From NCBI GenBank assembly GCA_964629815.1, contig CAZVTA010000001.1, positions 118,357 to 182,356 on the forward strand: DNA of 64,000 nucleotides, written 5' to 3'. Source of the stretch: an uncultured Candidatus Saccharibacteria bacterium. GTDB lineage: Bacteria > Patescibacteriota > Saccharimonadia > Saccharimonadales > AWTP1-31. Both the position numbers and the translations under genes were made by a program. This document shows, piece by piece, positions 48,679 through 58,668 of the stretch; the stretch's first letter is position 1, and each line of letters opens with the position of its first letter. The notes below the pieces were generated by a model. The model worked only from the letters and a program-made list of their open reading frames with translations. It was not told where the DNA came from and did not search any database.

Positions 48679-49731
48679 ATGGTTGACTACGATCGCTCTG
48701 AAACTGTGCCTTGTGATCAAGCAGAACGCGAGGTTATGAATGTTGCCAGCACAATACCAAAAGGAGAAAGAATAGGAGCTATGGCTGTTGATCGAATGAT
48801 ACAAATTGAAAACGCCGGAATTATTGACTGTGGTGTACTGAGCGATATCAAGTGGCCCGGAAAAGTATCTGCCGCTGATATGGTTGAACAGGGTGAGACG
48901 ACCGAAGCTATTTTGAAGGAGGCGTTAAACCGAATCAATGACTACTATGTTGCGGTCAATCCTTCGGCAAAGACACGCTGCATAGACGGCCGACATGATC
49001 CTGAGCTCGACGAAGCACATTTAGGACCACAGGTGCCTGGTGGCGCTCCTGGTGCTGCACTTGCCTTTAGGCTTGGTGTCGATAAAGACGATCTTACGCG
49101 TGGAACATTCTTGTATGACGCAGAAACGATGATCGGGAGCTTTATGAGGCTAGGGTTTGCGCCCGGAGGTCATCGTGATGAACACAGTGAAGGTGAGCCT
49201 ACTGTTGGTTGTGGCGCGATTGATGGTATGGATAGAATCTTAGCAACCATGACAGAGCCAAGCCTTGTCGATGATCATAAACGGGTTGTCAAGAACCTAC
49301 TTGGTGGCCAGTTCGACAGAGACACCTATCTTCGGATTATGGGTGCGGCAGTCGTGGTTAATGGTCGTTCTGCGGACTACTTCCGTGGAAGAGAATCAAT
49401 TATTGACATCCTTGAGAAGAAGGCCAACAAAAGTATTGCGACACTAAAGGGCGATCATAAAGAGTGTTTTGTGATCGTAAACATGGTTCCAAATACGACG
49501 TTATCATCAAATAGATTCTCTCATGATTTTGGCGGCGTTCAGGCATTTGGTTATGATTTATGGAGATCACTTCAGATGGCAGGAAAGATATTGCCTCGTC
49601 CAGATCAGTCAGTGGACCGGGAGCGTTTTGTGATGGCTCGTGTAATGAGTACTGTCGCGACATTGATGGCTCTGACAGATGGTTCACAGCGACTTGTAAT
49701 ACGTATGCCAGCAGAAGCAAGAGCCAAGTAG
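48679..49731 (+). CDS. hypothetical protein with Cys/His motifs (CIDGRH; HRDEHSEGEPTVGCG)
   Basis: 350 aa. The motifs are faintly reminiscent of beta-carbonic-anhydrase metal ligands (CxDxR...H...C), but the spacing is atypical. Confidence 0.35.
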   Translation: MVDYDRSETVPCDQAEREVMNVASTIPKGERIGAMAVDRMIQIENAGIIDCGVLSDIKWPGKVSAADMVEQGETTEAILKEALNRINDYYVAVNPSAKTRCIDGRHDPELDEAHLGPQVPGGAPGAALAFRLGVDKDDLTRGTFLYDAETMIGSFMRLGFAPGGHRDEHSEGEPTVGCGAIDGMDRILATMTEPSLVDDHKRVVKNLLGGQFDRDTYLRIMGAAVVVNGRSADYFRGRESIIDILEKKANKSIATLKGDHKECFVIVNMVPNTTLSSNRFSHDFGGVQAFGYDLWRSLQMAGKILPRPDQSVDRERFVMARVMSTVATLMALTDGSQRLVIRMPAEARAK

Positions 49732-49808
49732 TAAATACTACTGCACACAATATTTGATTTTTCTGCGCGTTCGTATTATCGTTGAGATATTAATTCATAG
49801 GAGGGGTT

Positions 49809-50531
49809 ATGCTCACGAGACAAAAGGTGGCCATGTTGGTCGCTGAGGTTTTTGGTACTACAACACTTGCGGTTGCGGTATATTCAATGGTTGCACGAAC
49901 ATCATTTCCATTGTTCGGCGGAATGGCAGCAGGTCTAACACTTGCACTTATGGTACTTGCGGTTGGCAAAGTATCGGGCGCACTGATTAACCCAGCGGTT
50001 ACTGTTGGTCTGTGGTCTATTCGCAAGCTTAAGACTACCAGCGCAATTATGCTGCTTGCAGCGCAAATGCTTGGTGGTGTTGCGGCGTGGTCGCTTATTA
50101 AATACTTTATTGGACGCCCGCTCGATAGCTTGGTGCAAGGTCCATTTGATTGGAAGGTGCTCATCGCTGAAGCGGTAGGAGCTATCGTATTCACATTTGG
50201 TCTTGCCTCTGCGGTATACCAAAAATATGAAGGCGGCAAACTAGCATTTGCAGCTGGCGCATCGCTCACACTTGGTATCTTGGTTGCTTCAATGGCAAGC
50301 AATGGTGTTATTAACCCAGCCGTTGCAGTCGGTCTACAATCATGGAGCTGGGCATATGCAGTTGGTCCGCTTATTGGTAGCGTTATTGGTATGAACCTAT
50401 ACGCACTGCTTTTTGAAGCAGACCTACCAAAAATTCGCGTCGTACGCGTCAATGCAAAACCAGCTGTTAAAGCAACTAAAGCTAAAGCAGCAAAAACTGT
50501 TACCAAAAAGACAGCAAAAAAGCGCAAATAG
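49809..50531 (+). CDS. MIP family channel (aquaporin/glycerol facilitator) with a Lys/Ala-rich C-terminal tail
   Basis: Two NPA boxes (GALINPAVTVG and GVINPAVAVG). The tail is KPAVKATKAKAAKTVTKKTAKKRK. Confidence 0.85.
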   Translation: MLTRQKVAMLVAEVFGTTTLAVAVYSMVARTSFPLFGGMAAGLTLALMVLAVGKVSGALINPAVTVGLWSIRKLKTTSAIMLLAAQMLGGVAAWSLIKYFIGRPLDSLVQGPFDWKVLIAEAVGAIVFTFGLASAVYQKYEGGKLAFAAGASLTLGILVASMASNGVINPAVAVGLQSWSWAYAVGPLIGSVIGMNLYALLFEADLPKIRVVRVNAKPAVKATKAKAAKTVTKKTAKKRK

Positions 50532-50548
50532 CTAAAAGAATATAAACC

Positions 50549-50590
50549 AAAAGACCCGTGGTTTATCACGGGTCTTTTATGTTTTTATTG
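50549..50590. terminator. bidirectional rho-independent terminator
   Basis: AAAAGACCCGTG-gtttat-CACGGGTCTTTT with T-runs on both strands, between convergent genes. Confidence 0.7.
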
Positions 50591-50613
50591 GTGCGAACCA
50601 TGTTAAGACACGG

Positions 50614-50835
50614 TTATTCTAGCTGTCTGTTGCGGTTTTGTAGCGATTGCTTTATTAATTGTGCAGCGTACGTTAAGAATACGTTCTCGAGGCGTTCTGC
50701 TACAGGTACGCTCGCTAAGCGATGTCTGGCGGCTTCTTGTTCTCTGCTTAGAGCCGAGTCATAGACTTCAAGAGCGTGATCATCATCATCTGTCCACGGG
50801 TATAAAAATGGGGTTTCTATTTCATGCAAAGACAT
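50614..50835 (-). CDS. small acidic hypothetical protein
   Basis: 73 aa, immediately downstream of the helicase gene on the same strand. Confidence 0.3.
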   Translation of the reverse strand: MSLHEIETPFLYPWTDDDDHALEVYDSALSREQEAARHRLASVPVAERLENVFLTYAAQLIKQSLQNRNRQLE

Positions 50836-50837
50836 AG

Positions 50838-53800
50838 CTATAATTTCTTAGAGATTAATGCAGACTCAAAATCAATTATTCCCCGTAATGAGGCAGGAAA
50901 TGCGTCAATATCAGGGAGTGATAGCTTTTGAATGTGTTCCCACACGGCTTGTATTAGTTTTTTAATTTCTGTTTCTTCCTGGGGATCGAATGTGAGTAGC
51001 AGCTCGGAAATACTTCCTTCCTCGTTGGGTTCAACAAAAAGCAGGCGAGCACCAGTTACCCGGTATCCCTTAAAGGAATGAGAATTTTCTACCAGTAATT
51101 TATAACAATACAATTGCTGGCGGTATTTATGGAGTTTCGCATCTGGTTTCCATGTGGTATATGACGTTCCAGTTTTATAGTCGATGATCTCGATTGTACG
51201 AGCGGCTTTGTCTACGATGAGTAAGTCAATTTTACCGGTCATGTGAGCATCGTCAATAAAGACGCCTTCATTTTTGAAGTTGTGCTCTGCTACATTGTCG
51301 GCAGAAAAAAGTGACTGGTGGCTGGAAAATAATGTTTCTAATGCCTGTTTTCCGCGTGTTAATAACAGCTGTGTTTCGTGCTCAGGTAAAAGATTGGTAG
51401 TGAGTTGTTTTTCGAAATATCGAACAACATCTTTGGCCGAAGGCGCGTTCTTGTGTGTAGTGGCGTACTTTTGCGCCCACTCTAATGCGCTATGGGTACA
51501 GCTACCAAAGATGCTTGCCGTTGATGGTGCGACCGGAAATCGTAGTAGCGTATACAAAAAGAATGATTGGGGTCCGCCATAAAGAAGATCGGTAAATGTG
51601 TTTAAGTGAGTTGGACTAAGCTGATAAGTGTGTAGGTGCTCTGCTACGAGTTCTCGGAGAGTCGTGTTAGTGAGCGAGTTGGTATGTGTGTCGTGCCAGT
51701 CATGGAGTATATCTTGAATGCGCGGCATTGGCTCATTACTTGGTTGGTGAACTTTTCTTGAATCCTCAGGAAGTAAGGGTGTGAGAATATGCCCATCGTT
51801 GTCTGTTTTTTCTTGAAGATAGCTAAGTGGTTTTGTCGGTTTGCCGTTCAATGACTCGGCGTGGCTCGTAAGGTACAGCGCATGCTTGGCACGCGTTATG
51901 GCAACAAATAGTAAGCGTAGTCGTTCATCGGTTGTTGTGCCAGCAGGACGGATGTATTGCATGTTGGGGGGCAAAGTCAGGCGATTAGATTGCGAACGTG
52001 AGCTTTCTCCCCACACATCATCATGGCAAAATGGTAAAAATACATAGGCAAATTCCATGCCTTTAGCCTTGAAGACTGTCATGAGCTGTACTGAATCGGT
52101 GCGTTGTTGGTAGGGGCTTGTGTTGGTAATTGACTGCCCTGCTGCAATGTGCGTGTCATAAAACTCTACAAAATCACGAACATAGAGTAACTGTTGCCGA
52201 AATTTCTGATGATCGCGCATTTTTTGCCGAATGATCGTTAAGTGTGTTACCGCGTCGTAAAACTCATGGGCGTGCTGGTTTTTATGGATGTCTTTGTCTA
52301 GGTAGTATGCTCGAAATGGTGAAGTATATGTAGTATCACTTGCCGTATGTATGGTCACGGGTTCTAGACCAATTATTTGGTCGAGTATTGTTTCGAGTGA
52401 ATGGAGCTGTGCATTTTTCGACAGCGCAAGCAAAAATGCAGCGGTATTTTTTGTTTCTTCGTGTGCAAGCGCCGCAACGCCCCAATTACTGTTTTTGGTT
52501 GCAACCTGCCAGTTTATCTGCCAAATTGCTTGGGGTGATATATTCCAAAAATCAAAACTTAACACCTCTGGCCATAGTGCGCTTGCTTCAGGAATACGAT
52601 TTTCGCTGACCGCATTAATAAGTTTAGTTATTTTATATAAAACCTGAGTTAATGGGTGGTGTAAGATGTTTTCGCGACGTTCGTAGGCAACCGGAATATC
52701 CTTTTCTATGAGATACGGAACGAGTGCCTCGAGATATTTATGCTTTGGTGCCAACACCGCTATTTCACTTGCGGGCACGCCCGTGTCAACAAGTCGTTTG
52801 ATTGATGCTGCAATCCAACTGTATTCTCCGATATGCCCCCTAAATTCATGACGTTCTATTTGCGCGTTATTAGGCAACTGTTTTGAGGCGGCTTCAAGAG
52901 TTTTTTCGATATGTTCGAACGAATGGTGAAGTCTTGTCTGTATTTGGTTTGCGATATTGTGCGCGACATGAAGGATGTGCGCATGCGAGCGGTAGTTTAG
53001 GGTGAGATTTATAACGGATGTTTCCTTATAGGCGCTGTAAAATGAGCGCATATTAGAAACCTCTGCTCCTTGAAAAGCATAAATTGCTTGATCGTCATCG
53101 CCTACTGCAAGTATGTTCGGACTGCCTTCGCTCACCGGATTATTGGTAAGCAGATGCACGAGCTCAAGCTGTGCTTGGTTGGTGTCCTGAAATTCATCGA
53201 GTAATAAGTAAAGGTATTGCTCTTGTAGTGAATAACGTAAGTCAGCGTTGTTTTTTAGTGCGTCAACGACAGTTATTATCATGTCATCAAAGTCGTATAG
53301 TCCTCGGTTTTTTAGTGCTTGTTGATATGCACTAAAAACGTCAGCCAAAGCATGGAGTCGTTTTGTGGAAAGACTTGTGTTGATGACGAGTGCGTTATTC
53401 TTATCCTTGGCGAGCCAGCTATTCTTCCATCTTGTAAGGTGCGTGGTTTTGCCTGTCTCTTGAGCTAATTCAATCGCGTGCGAAAGATCGGCTACAAACA
53501 ACTGCAGCAACGTTGGTGGGTTGGTGGAGTTTGATGTATTGCTCGAACTGTCGTGTAAGAGGGCCAGAAATCCGCTCGAAAGTGCTGTGTCAACTTTGCT
53601 TGACATACGCGTAAATGAGCCAAGGTGTTTGTTTAGTAGTGCATTTAAGCGGGTTTCGTCTTGCGCGTTTTTGTCTGCAACGCTGCGGATTTGTCGAGGC
53701 GTTAGCAGGGCTCGTTTTATATCGCTTATTGTAGATATTAGATCGTGCAAATGGTACTGTGTTTGCTTGAGGGGGTTGCGGTAGTCTAGTTGCGCGATAA

Positions 53801-54179
53801 TTGTTTCAAGTAATGCAAATTTTCCGATATCGTCTATGGGCTGTTCTGCTCGAAAATCTTCAAAGTATTCAGGATAGCGACGTATTATCTCTCCGCCAAG
53901 GGCATGATATGTGTAGATGTTGATACTATAGGCGTCTTGACCGATAAATCGTGCCAAGCGAGTTCGCATTGTGGCGGCTGCACTTTCAGTAAATGTAAGA
54001 CATAAAATGTTTTGTGGAAGTGTGTCTGTTTTCTGCAAGATGTTAACAATGCGTAAACTGAGCAGTTGAGTTTTTCCTGTACCAGGGCCGGCAATCACAA
54101 GTACAGGTCCTTCTATAGTGTCGACAGCAGCTCGCTGTTCGTGATTCAGTTGTTTGTAATATTTCCCAAAATCTTCCAT
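50838..54179 (-). CDS. UvrD/PcrA-type helicase fused to a C-terminal PD-(D/E)xK nuclease (AddA/RecB-like)
   Basis: Walker A AGPGTGKTQ near the N-terminus, UvrD helicase motifs throughout, and C-terminal DLLIVDKAARTIEIIDYKTG (nuclease motif). The start is set at MEDFGKYY; the track start is 54236. Confidence 0.8.
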   Translation of the reverse strand: MEDFGKYYKQLNHEQRAAVDTIEGPVLVIAGPGTGKTQLLSLRIVNILQKTDTLPQNILCLTFTESAAATMRTRLARFIGQDAYSINIYTYHALGGEIIRRYPEYFEDFRAEQPIDDIGKFALLETIIAQLDYRNPLKQTQYHLHDLISTISDIKRALLTPRQIRSVADKNAQDETRLNALLNKHLGSFTRMSSKVDTALSSGFLALLHDSSSNTSNSTNPPTLLQLFVADLSHAIELAQETGKTTHLTRWKNSWLAKDKNNALVINTSLSTKRLHALADVFSAYQQALKNRGLYDFDDMIITVVDALKNNADLRYSLQEQYLYLLLDEFQDTNQAQLELVHLLTNNPVSEGSPNILAVGDDDQAIYAFQGAEVSNMRSFYSAYKETSVINLTLNYRSHAHILHVAHNIANQIQTRLHHSFEHIEKTLEAASKQLPNNAQIERHEFRGHIGEYSWIAASIKRLVDTGVPASEIAVLAPKHKYLEALVPYLIEKDIPVAYERRENILHHPLTQVLYKITKLINAVSENRIPEASALWPEVLSFDFWNISPQAIWQINWQVATKNSNWGVAALAHEETKNTAAFLLALSKNAQLHSLETILDQIIGLEPVTIHTASDTTYTSPFRAYYLDKDIHKNQHAHEFYDAVTHLTIIRQKMRDHQKFRQQLLYVRDFVEFYDTHIAAGQSITNTSPYQQRTDSVQLMTVFKAKGMEFAYVFLPFCHDDVWGESSRSQSNRLTLPPNMQYIRPAGTTTDERLRLLFVAITRAKHALYLTSHAESLNGKPTKPLSYLQEKTDNDGHILTPLLPEDSRKVHQPSNEPMPRIQDILHDWHDTHTNSLTNTTLRELVAEHLHTYQLSPTHLNTFTDLLYGGPQSFFLYTLLRFPVAPSTASIFGSCTHSALEWAQKYATTHKNAPSAKDVVRYFEKQLTTNLLPEHETQLLLTRGKQALETLFSSHQSLFSADNVAEHNFKNEGVFIDDAHMTGKIDLLIVDKAARTIEIIDYKTGTSYTTWKPDAKLHKYRQQLYCYKLLVENSHSFKGYRVTGARLLFVEPNEEGSISELLLTFDPQEETEIKKLIQAVWEHIQKLSLPDIDAFPASLRGIIDFESALISKKL

Positions 54180-54227
54180 CTGTATACATTGTACCGATTT
54201 TTGAATCAGTTTGCCTGATGAATTAAA

Positions 54228-55154
54228 ATGGTTCACACTATTGGTATGACTGCAAAGCTTACAGCCTCACACAAAAATCGTGTTCGTGCCGAACTAGCAC
54301 AAGCTGGCGTATCTGGCTACGGACTGCTCAAGTTCGCTTCTCGGGCGTTACCGAGTATCATTCACGAAAACGAGCACATTCGTGCTGCAATAACGGGAAG
54401 ATACGAAAATGGCGCAGCTCTATTGGTAGCGACAGACGCGCGCATTGTGTTTGTTGATAAAGGAGTGCTGTATTCGAAAGCCGATGAGATTCGTTACGAA
54501 ATGGTTTCGGGCGTGCGCAGCACTATTCAGGCGTTATTCTCTAGTGTTAATTTACACACCCGTATTAAAGACTATCGACTGAACTATGTTAACCCCAAGG
54601 CCAGTCAGCGCTTTGTCCATTATATTGAACAGCGCCGTGTTGAAATGTCAGAACAAAATGGCATACCTCTATCAGATAGTAAAGTAGTTTCGGTTATTGG
54701 TGAGCAAGAACTCCCCGAAAATCTTTTTGTAATGCCCAATGAAACAAAGCGTTTTCTACTAAGTCACGAGCTGTGTGTACTGAGTACGATAGACAGAAAC
54801 GGATATGTGAATGCTGCACCCGTATACTATTTTCTGAATGACCTAGGATTTATATACGTTGTTTCAAAGTCTCAAACGAACAAAATGCATAATATTATGC
54901 ATAACAAACATATTGCACTAACGGTTGTCGATGAACAAGGACTCAGTGTTGCACAATTACGCGGTATTGGTGAATTAGAGACCAATACTGGCGCCAAACA
55001 GGAAGCGTTTCAGAAAATTGTGCGAGAACGTATGTATAACGGCAAAAAACGTTTGCCGCCAGTTACCGACCTGGACAAGGGCGCTTATGTAATTTTTCGA
55101 ATTACAATTACTGATGCAAAATACACCGACTTTAATAAGATTTCGCGAAAGTAA
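54228..55154 (+). CDS. bacterial PH-domain protein fused to a pyridoxamine-5'-phosphate-oxidase-like (FMN-binding split-barrel) domain
   Basis: N-terminal ENEHIRAAITGRYENGAALLVATDARIVFVDKG (bPH-like). C-terminal LCVLSTIDRNGYVNAAPVYYF...HIALTVVDEQG (PNPOx-like). Confidence 0.5.
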   Translation: MVHTIGMTAKLTASHKNRVRAELAQAGVSGYGLLKFASRALPSIIHENEHIRAAITGRYENGAALLVATDARIVFVDKGVLYSKADEIRYEMVSGVRSTIQALFSSVNLHTRIKDYRLNYVNPKASQRFVHYIEQRRVEMSEQNGIPLSDSKVVSVIGEQELPENLFVMPNETKRFLLSHELCVLSTIDRNGYVNAAPVYYFLNDLGFIYVVSKSQTNKMHNIMHNKHIALTVVDEQGLSVAQLRGIGELETNTGAKQEAFQKIVRERMYNGKKRLPPVTDLDKGAYVIFRITITDAKYTDFNKISRK

Positions 55155-55223
55155 TACGCATCAAAATGCTTGCGCATTGTCTATGAACGGACTATTCTTT
55201 AGATATAAAATAAGGAGAAGGTT

Positions 55224-55751
55224 GTGAGTCAGTTAGACACAATAGAAAATAAATTTGAAGAAGCGTTTGTAAAGAAGGCGCCGTTTCAGCTTCCGGAAAA
55301 TGCAAAGAAGTGGATTGTTCAGTATAGCCCATATATTGGTCTTGTGCTCGGTATCCTTGGTCTATGGGCTGCGTTATTGTTGTGGCGCGCGGCTCATAGA
55401 GTAAACGAATTAATCGAAGGCCTCGATGCATTTACTCGTGCTTACGGAGTGAATACTGGCGTTGATGAGGCGCGTTTAGGCGTACTTTTTTGGCTTTCTT
55501 TCTTTGCTTTGGTCGCGCAGTCTGCCGTTTCTATAATCGCGTTTCCGGGGCTTAAGGAACGTAGTAAGAAGAGAGGCTGGGATCTGTTATTCTATTCAGC
55601 ATTATTTAGCCTTGTGTACGGTGTATTCAATGCATTTTATGATAAAAGCTTCATGAGTCTCGTGAGCTCCCTCATTGGCTCAGTTATCGGTTTTTACTTC
55701 TTGTTTCAGATTCGCAGTTACTATACTGCCAAAAAGGAAAAAAGCAGCTAG
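55224..55751 (+). CDS. hypothetical membrane protein (about 4 TM helices)
   Basis: 175 aa with hydrophobic helices. Confidence 0.45.
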   Translation: MSQLDTIENKFEEAFVKKAPFQLPENAKKWIVQYSPYIGLVLGILGLWAALLLWRAAHRVNELIEGLDAFTRAYGVNTGVDEARLGVLFWLSFFALVAQSAVSIIAFPGLKERSKKRGWDLLFYSALFSLVYGVFNAFYDKSFMSLVSSLIGSVIGFYFLFQIRSYYTAKKEKSS

Positions 55752-55775
55752 CACGTAATTACTTGTATAAAACAA

Positions 55776-55803
55776 TGAGCCCCCGCGATTGGGGCTTTTT
55801 GTT
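55776..55803 (+). terminator. rho-independent terminator
   Basis: GAGCCCC-cgcgatt-GGGGCT followed by TTTTGTTTT. Confidence 0.65.
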
Positions 55804-55810
55804 TTGTGGG

Positions 55811-57004
55811 CTAGAGCGCATGTTTACAGCGAGGACATTGCTCTTCTTGTTGATTACGTTTGATCCATATCTTGATGGCCTTATTCCATCCCATGACGTC
55901 GCTGTAACCAATAAGGTCCGCAAACATTCTTAGCAACGACGCAGGCCACCCGCTGAGCATAATACGACCCCATTCGACTACCGCCCAGCGAGACCCGACG
56001 GGAATAACTGATATCGGCTTAAATGGTTTGTAATCATGGATTTGTTTGCCATGTAGTACTCTTTGTATGTCCTTTGCTACAAATCTACCATTGTGCACGG
56101 CAGTTAGTGCCATTCCGCTATAGTGTGTGGCAGCATTGTCACCAATGACGTACACAGAGCTATCTGTTCGAAGTCGGTCGTCTACGAGAACTCGCCCTCG
56201 TTCATTAAGGGTGAACTCATGTTCGTTAACTTTAAAAAATGGATTATTAATGACGCCTGCCGTCCATATAACAGTTCGACTTGGTATTGTTCGACTATTA
56301 ATGGTGATCGTATCGTGGTTTTGGCTACGCACTGTCGTGTTAGTAAGAATCTTGACTCCCAATTTACGCAAGCGTTTATGAACCTCACGAGATACGTGTT
56401 CGTGTGAATTTGGTAATATTCTGGGCGCTGCCTCTACGAGCTCTATGCTGATTTTGTCACGCCATACACCATGTTTTCGCGCAATTGTGCGAAGATAGCT
56501 TGCTAGTGATGCGGCTAATTCGACGCCTGTCGGCCCTGCTCCAACCACAACATAGTTCTTATCCATGCGATTGTCGTCGAGCAGCTCTTTATGAAGATGT
56601 CGTTGTAGTGCACGTAAGCCCTTTGCAGTTTTAATACTATACGAAAATTGTTCAAGACCTTTAATGCCGAAATATGACGTAACAACTCCTAATGCAATAA
56701 TTGCGAAATCATAATGATAGGTGCCATGTGTTGTATGTAATGTCTTTTCTTTGTGACCGATATGAGTTGCGCGTTCGTATACTACTTGGACATTGGGCTG
56801 ATTTTTGACGATGTCGTGTATTGGAATAAATGATTCGCACTGTCTGTGTCCGGTTGCTGTTCTATACAGCGCAGGACAGTAACGAAAGCTATGTTCGTCG
56901 GTTACGAGGGTAATGCGAATATTTTTTTCGTGGCGCAGTGAGCGGATGAGAGACAGACCGGCAAAACCACCTCCAACAACAACGATGTGCTGTTTGTTGC
57001 TCAT
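55811..57004 (-). CDS. ndh: type II NADH dehydrogenase (NDH-2)
   Basis: HIVVVGGGFAGLS (first dinucleotide fold) and VVVGAGPTGVELA (second). The start is at 57004, overlapping the upstream stop (TAATG). Confidence 0.85.
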   Translation of the reverse strand: MSNKQHIVVVGGGFAGLSLIRSLRHEKNIRITLVTDEHSFRYCPALYRTATGHRQCESFIPIHDIVKNQPNVQVVYERATHIGHKEKTLHTTHGTYHYDFAIIALGVVTSYFGIKGLEQFSYSIKTAKGLRALQRHLHKELLDDNRMDKNYVVVGAGPTGVELAASLASYLRTIARKHGVWRDKISIELVEAAPRILPNSHEHVSREVHKRLRKLGVKILTNTTVRSQNHDTITINSRTIPSRTVIWTAGVINNPFFKVNEHEFTLNERGRVLVDDRLRTDSSVYVIGDNAATHYSGMALTAVHNGRFVAKDIQRVLHGKQIHDYKPFKPISVIPVGSRWAVVEWGRIMLSGWPASLLRMFADLIGYSDVMGWNKAIKIWIKRNQQEEQCPRCKHAL

Positions 57005-58659
57005 TAAAATTTCTCCCTTAGGTGATTCATACTGAATTCCCACGAGGCATCGGTCTTTTTGTGAGGATTAAAAATATTCTGTGGATCAAATATGCGCTTA
57101 GTTTCTTTAAAAATCTGAAATGTTTTTTGCCCGTACATTTTTTGAAGCCAAGGTCCTCGGATCATGCCATCGTTGTGTTCACCCGAGAGTGAACCTTTGT
57201 ATGATAAAACAATTGCATTAATTTCTTTCATGGCGGGTTCAAGTTTGGCTTTTTCTTTTTTGTTTTCAATATTCATGAGTGGAATGATATGGAAGTTGCC
57301 GTCTCCCATGTGCCCAGCAATGGTAGCGAGGAGGTTGTACTTTTTAATGATTTTCCGAATTTTAGGCAAGAACTCCGGTAAGTACTTGGGCTGAACAATC
57401 AGGTCGTCCATAAACGGCGCTGTATGCTTATCTTTAATCTTAGAACGAAGTAGATTAAAGCTTTCACGTCGCATGATCCAAAATTTTTTTGCTTTTGCTT
57501 CGTTTTCGTCTTCTTCGAAGAGGGCTTCGTGCTTGTATTTAGCTAAATTATTTCGGGCGGTATGTACTTTTTCTGCGACTTCTTCTGGCGTTTGGCCATT
57601 AAACTCTATCAGTAATACCATTTTAGGCACCCCCCTAAACAGCATTAATGCATCAGGAATTAATTGTAGTCCGAGTTTGAGAAGCCCTGGCCATCCGAGT
57701 TTTTTATGAAAGTAAAAAAAGAGTTTAAAGCTGAGCATAAGGGTGTAGTTATCAAAACCTTCAAAGGTTACGGGTTTTTCTTTCATGACATCGTTAATGA
57801 GGTCACCAAGATCATCGAGCGAACGAAGAAACATTACAAGCGTACCAGAATGCTGAGGAGCCTGAACAAGATCAAAATGGATATCGGTAACAATGCCGAG
57901 TGTTCCTTGTGCGCCACAAATAACTTGGGTCATGTCAAAAATGCCTGTTTCCCTGTTCCATACGTTCCATAGGTGATATCCAGTCGAGTCTTTACTGACA
58001 GGAGGTTTTGCCGCCTGAATATGGTCGTAGTTGTTATCAATCAGTGTGTACAGATTTTTGTAGAGCTTGCCCTCGTAAGTATTTTGCGACATTTTTTGTT
58101 GCAGTTCGTGTTTATTGAGAGGTTTAACGGTATATTCTTTGCCATCGGCGAATATGACACTAAGTTTTTTTACGAAACGTTCTGTTTTGCCAAATTGCAA
58201 TGACTTCTCGCCGCCGGCATTGTTAGAGACCATTCCTCCCACGGTGCATAGATCTCTCGACGCTGGGTAGCTTGGCATAATCGCGTTATGACGCAGGGTG
58301 GCCTTTTCAAAATCGCGGTAGTACGTCCCTGGCTGTACACGAGCACTGGTACGGGATACGGGTCCGATTTTATTCAGATATTTTGCAACATCAATAATGA
58401 TTGATTGGTTGATTGAGCCGCCTGACATGCATGTTCCACCGCTTCGTACGGTTAGCGATAGGTCTGGGTTTGCGGCTTTGCGCGATGCGACGTATTGCAC
58501 TAAACGTTGAATGTCGTTGCTATCTTTCGGCTGCACTACTACAAGGGGCTTGAGCTCAAACATGCTTGCATCATGGCTATAGAACTCTAAGAAGGTGTCT
58601 TCAAAGAGTACGTCGCCACGAACTAGCTTTTGCAGATCTGTATGGAGCTCGGAAATCAT
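57004..58659 (-). CDS. FAD-linked oxidase (D-lactate dehydrogenase / GlcD-like)
   Basis: A PCMH-type FAD-binding region (VRSGGTCMSGGSI...) and a C-terminal FAD-oxidase domain. 551 aa. Confidence 0.75.
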   Translation of the reverse strand: MISELHTDLQKLVRGDVLFEDTFLEFYSHDASMFELKPLVVVQPKDSNDIQRLVQYVASRKAANPDLSLTVRSGGTCMSGGSINQSIIIDVAKYLNKIGPVSRTSARVQPGTYYRDFEKATLRHNAIMPSYPASRDLCTVGGMVSNNAGGEKSLQFGKTERFVKKLSVIFADGKEYTVKPLNKHELQQKMSQNTYEGKLYKNLYTLIDNNYDHIQAAKPPVSKDSTGYHLWNVWNRETGIFDMTQVICGAQGTLGIVTDIHFDLVQAPQHSGTLVMFLRSLDDLGDLINDVMKEKPVTFEGFDNYTLMLSFKLFFYFHKKLGWPGLLKLGLQLIPDALMLFRGVPKMVLLIEFNGQTPEEVAEKVHTARNNLAKYKHEALFEEDENEAKAKKFWIMRRESFNLLRSKIKDKHTAPFMDDLIVQPKYLPEFLPKIRKIIKKYNLLATIAGHMGDGNFHIIPLMNIENKKEKAKLEPAMKEINAIVLSYKGSLSGEHNDGMIRGPWLQKMYGQKTFQIFKETKRIFDPQNIFNPHKKTDASWEFSMNHLREKF

Positions 58660-58668
58660 TGTTCGTTG

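Noticed and set aside
48679-49731. Calling the 350-aa protein a beta-carbonic anhydrase
   Set aside because: CxDxR is present, but the His/Cys pair is spaced H-x8-C rather than HxxC, so it is kept as hypothetical.
49790-50569. 259-aa minus-strand ORF
   Set aside because: Antisense to the aquaporin gene, which has two NPA boxes. Ala-rich, low-complexity translation.
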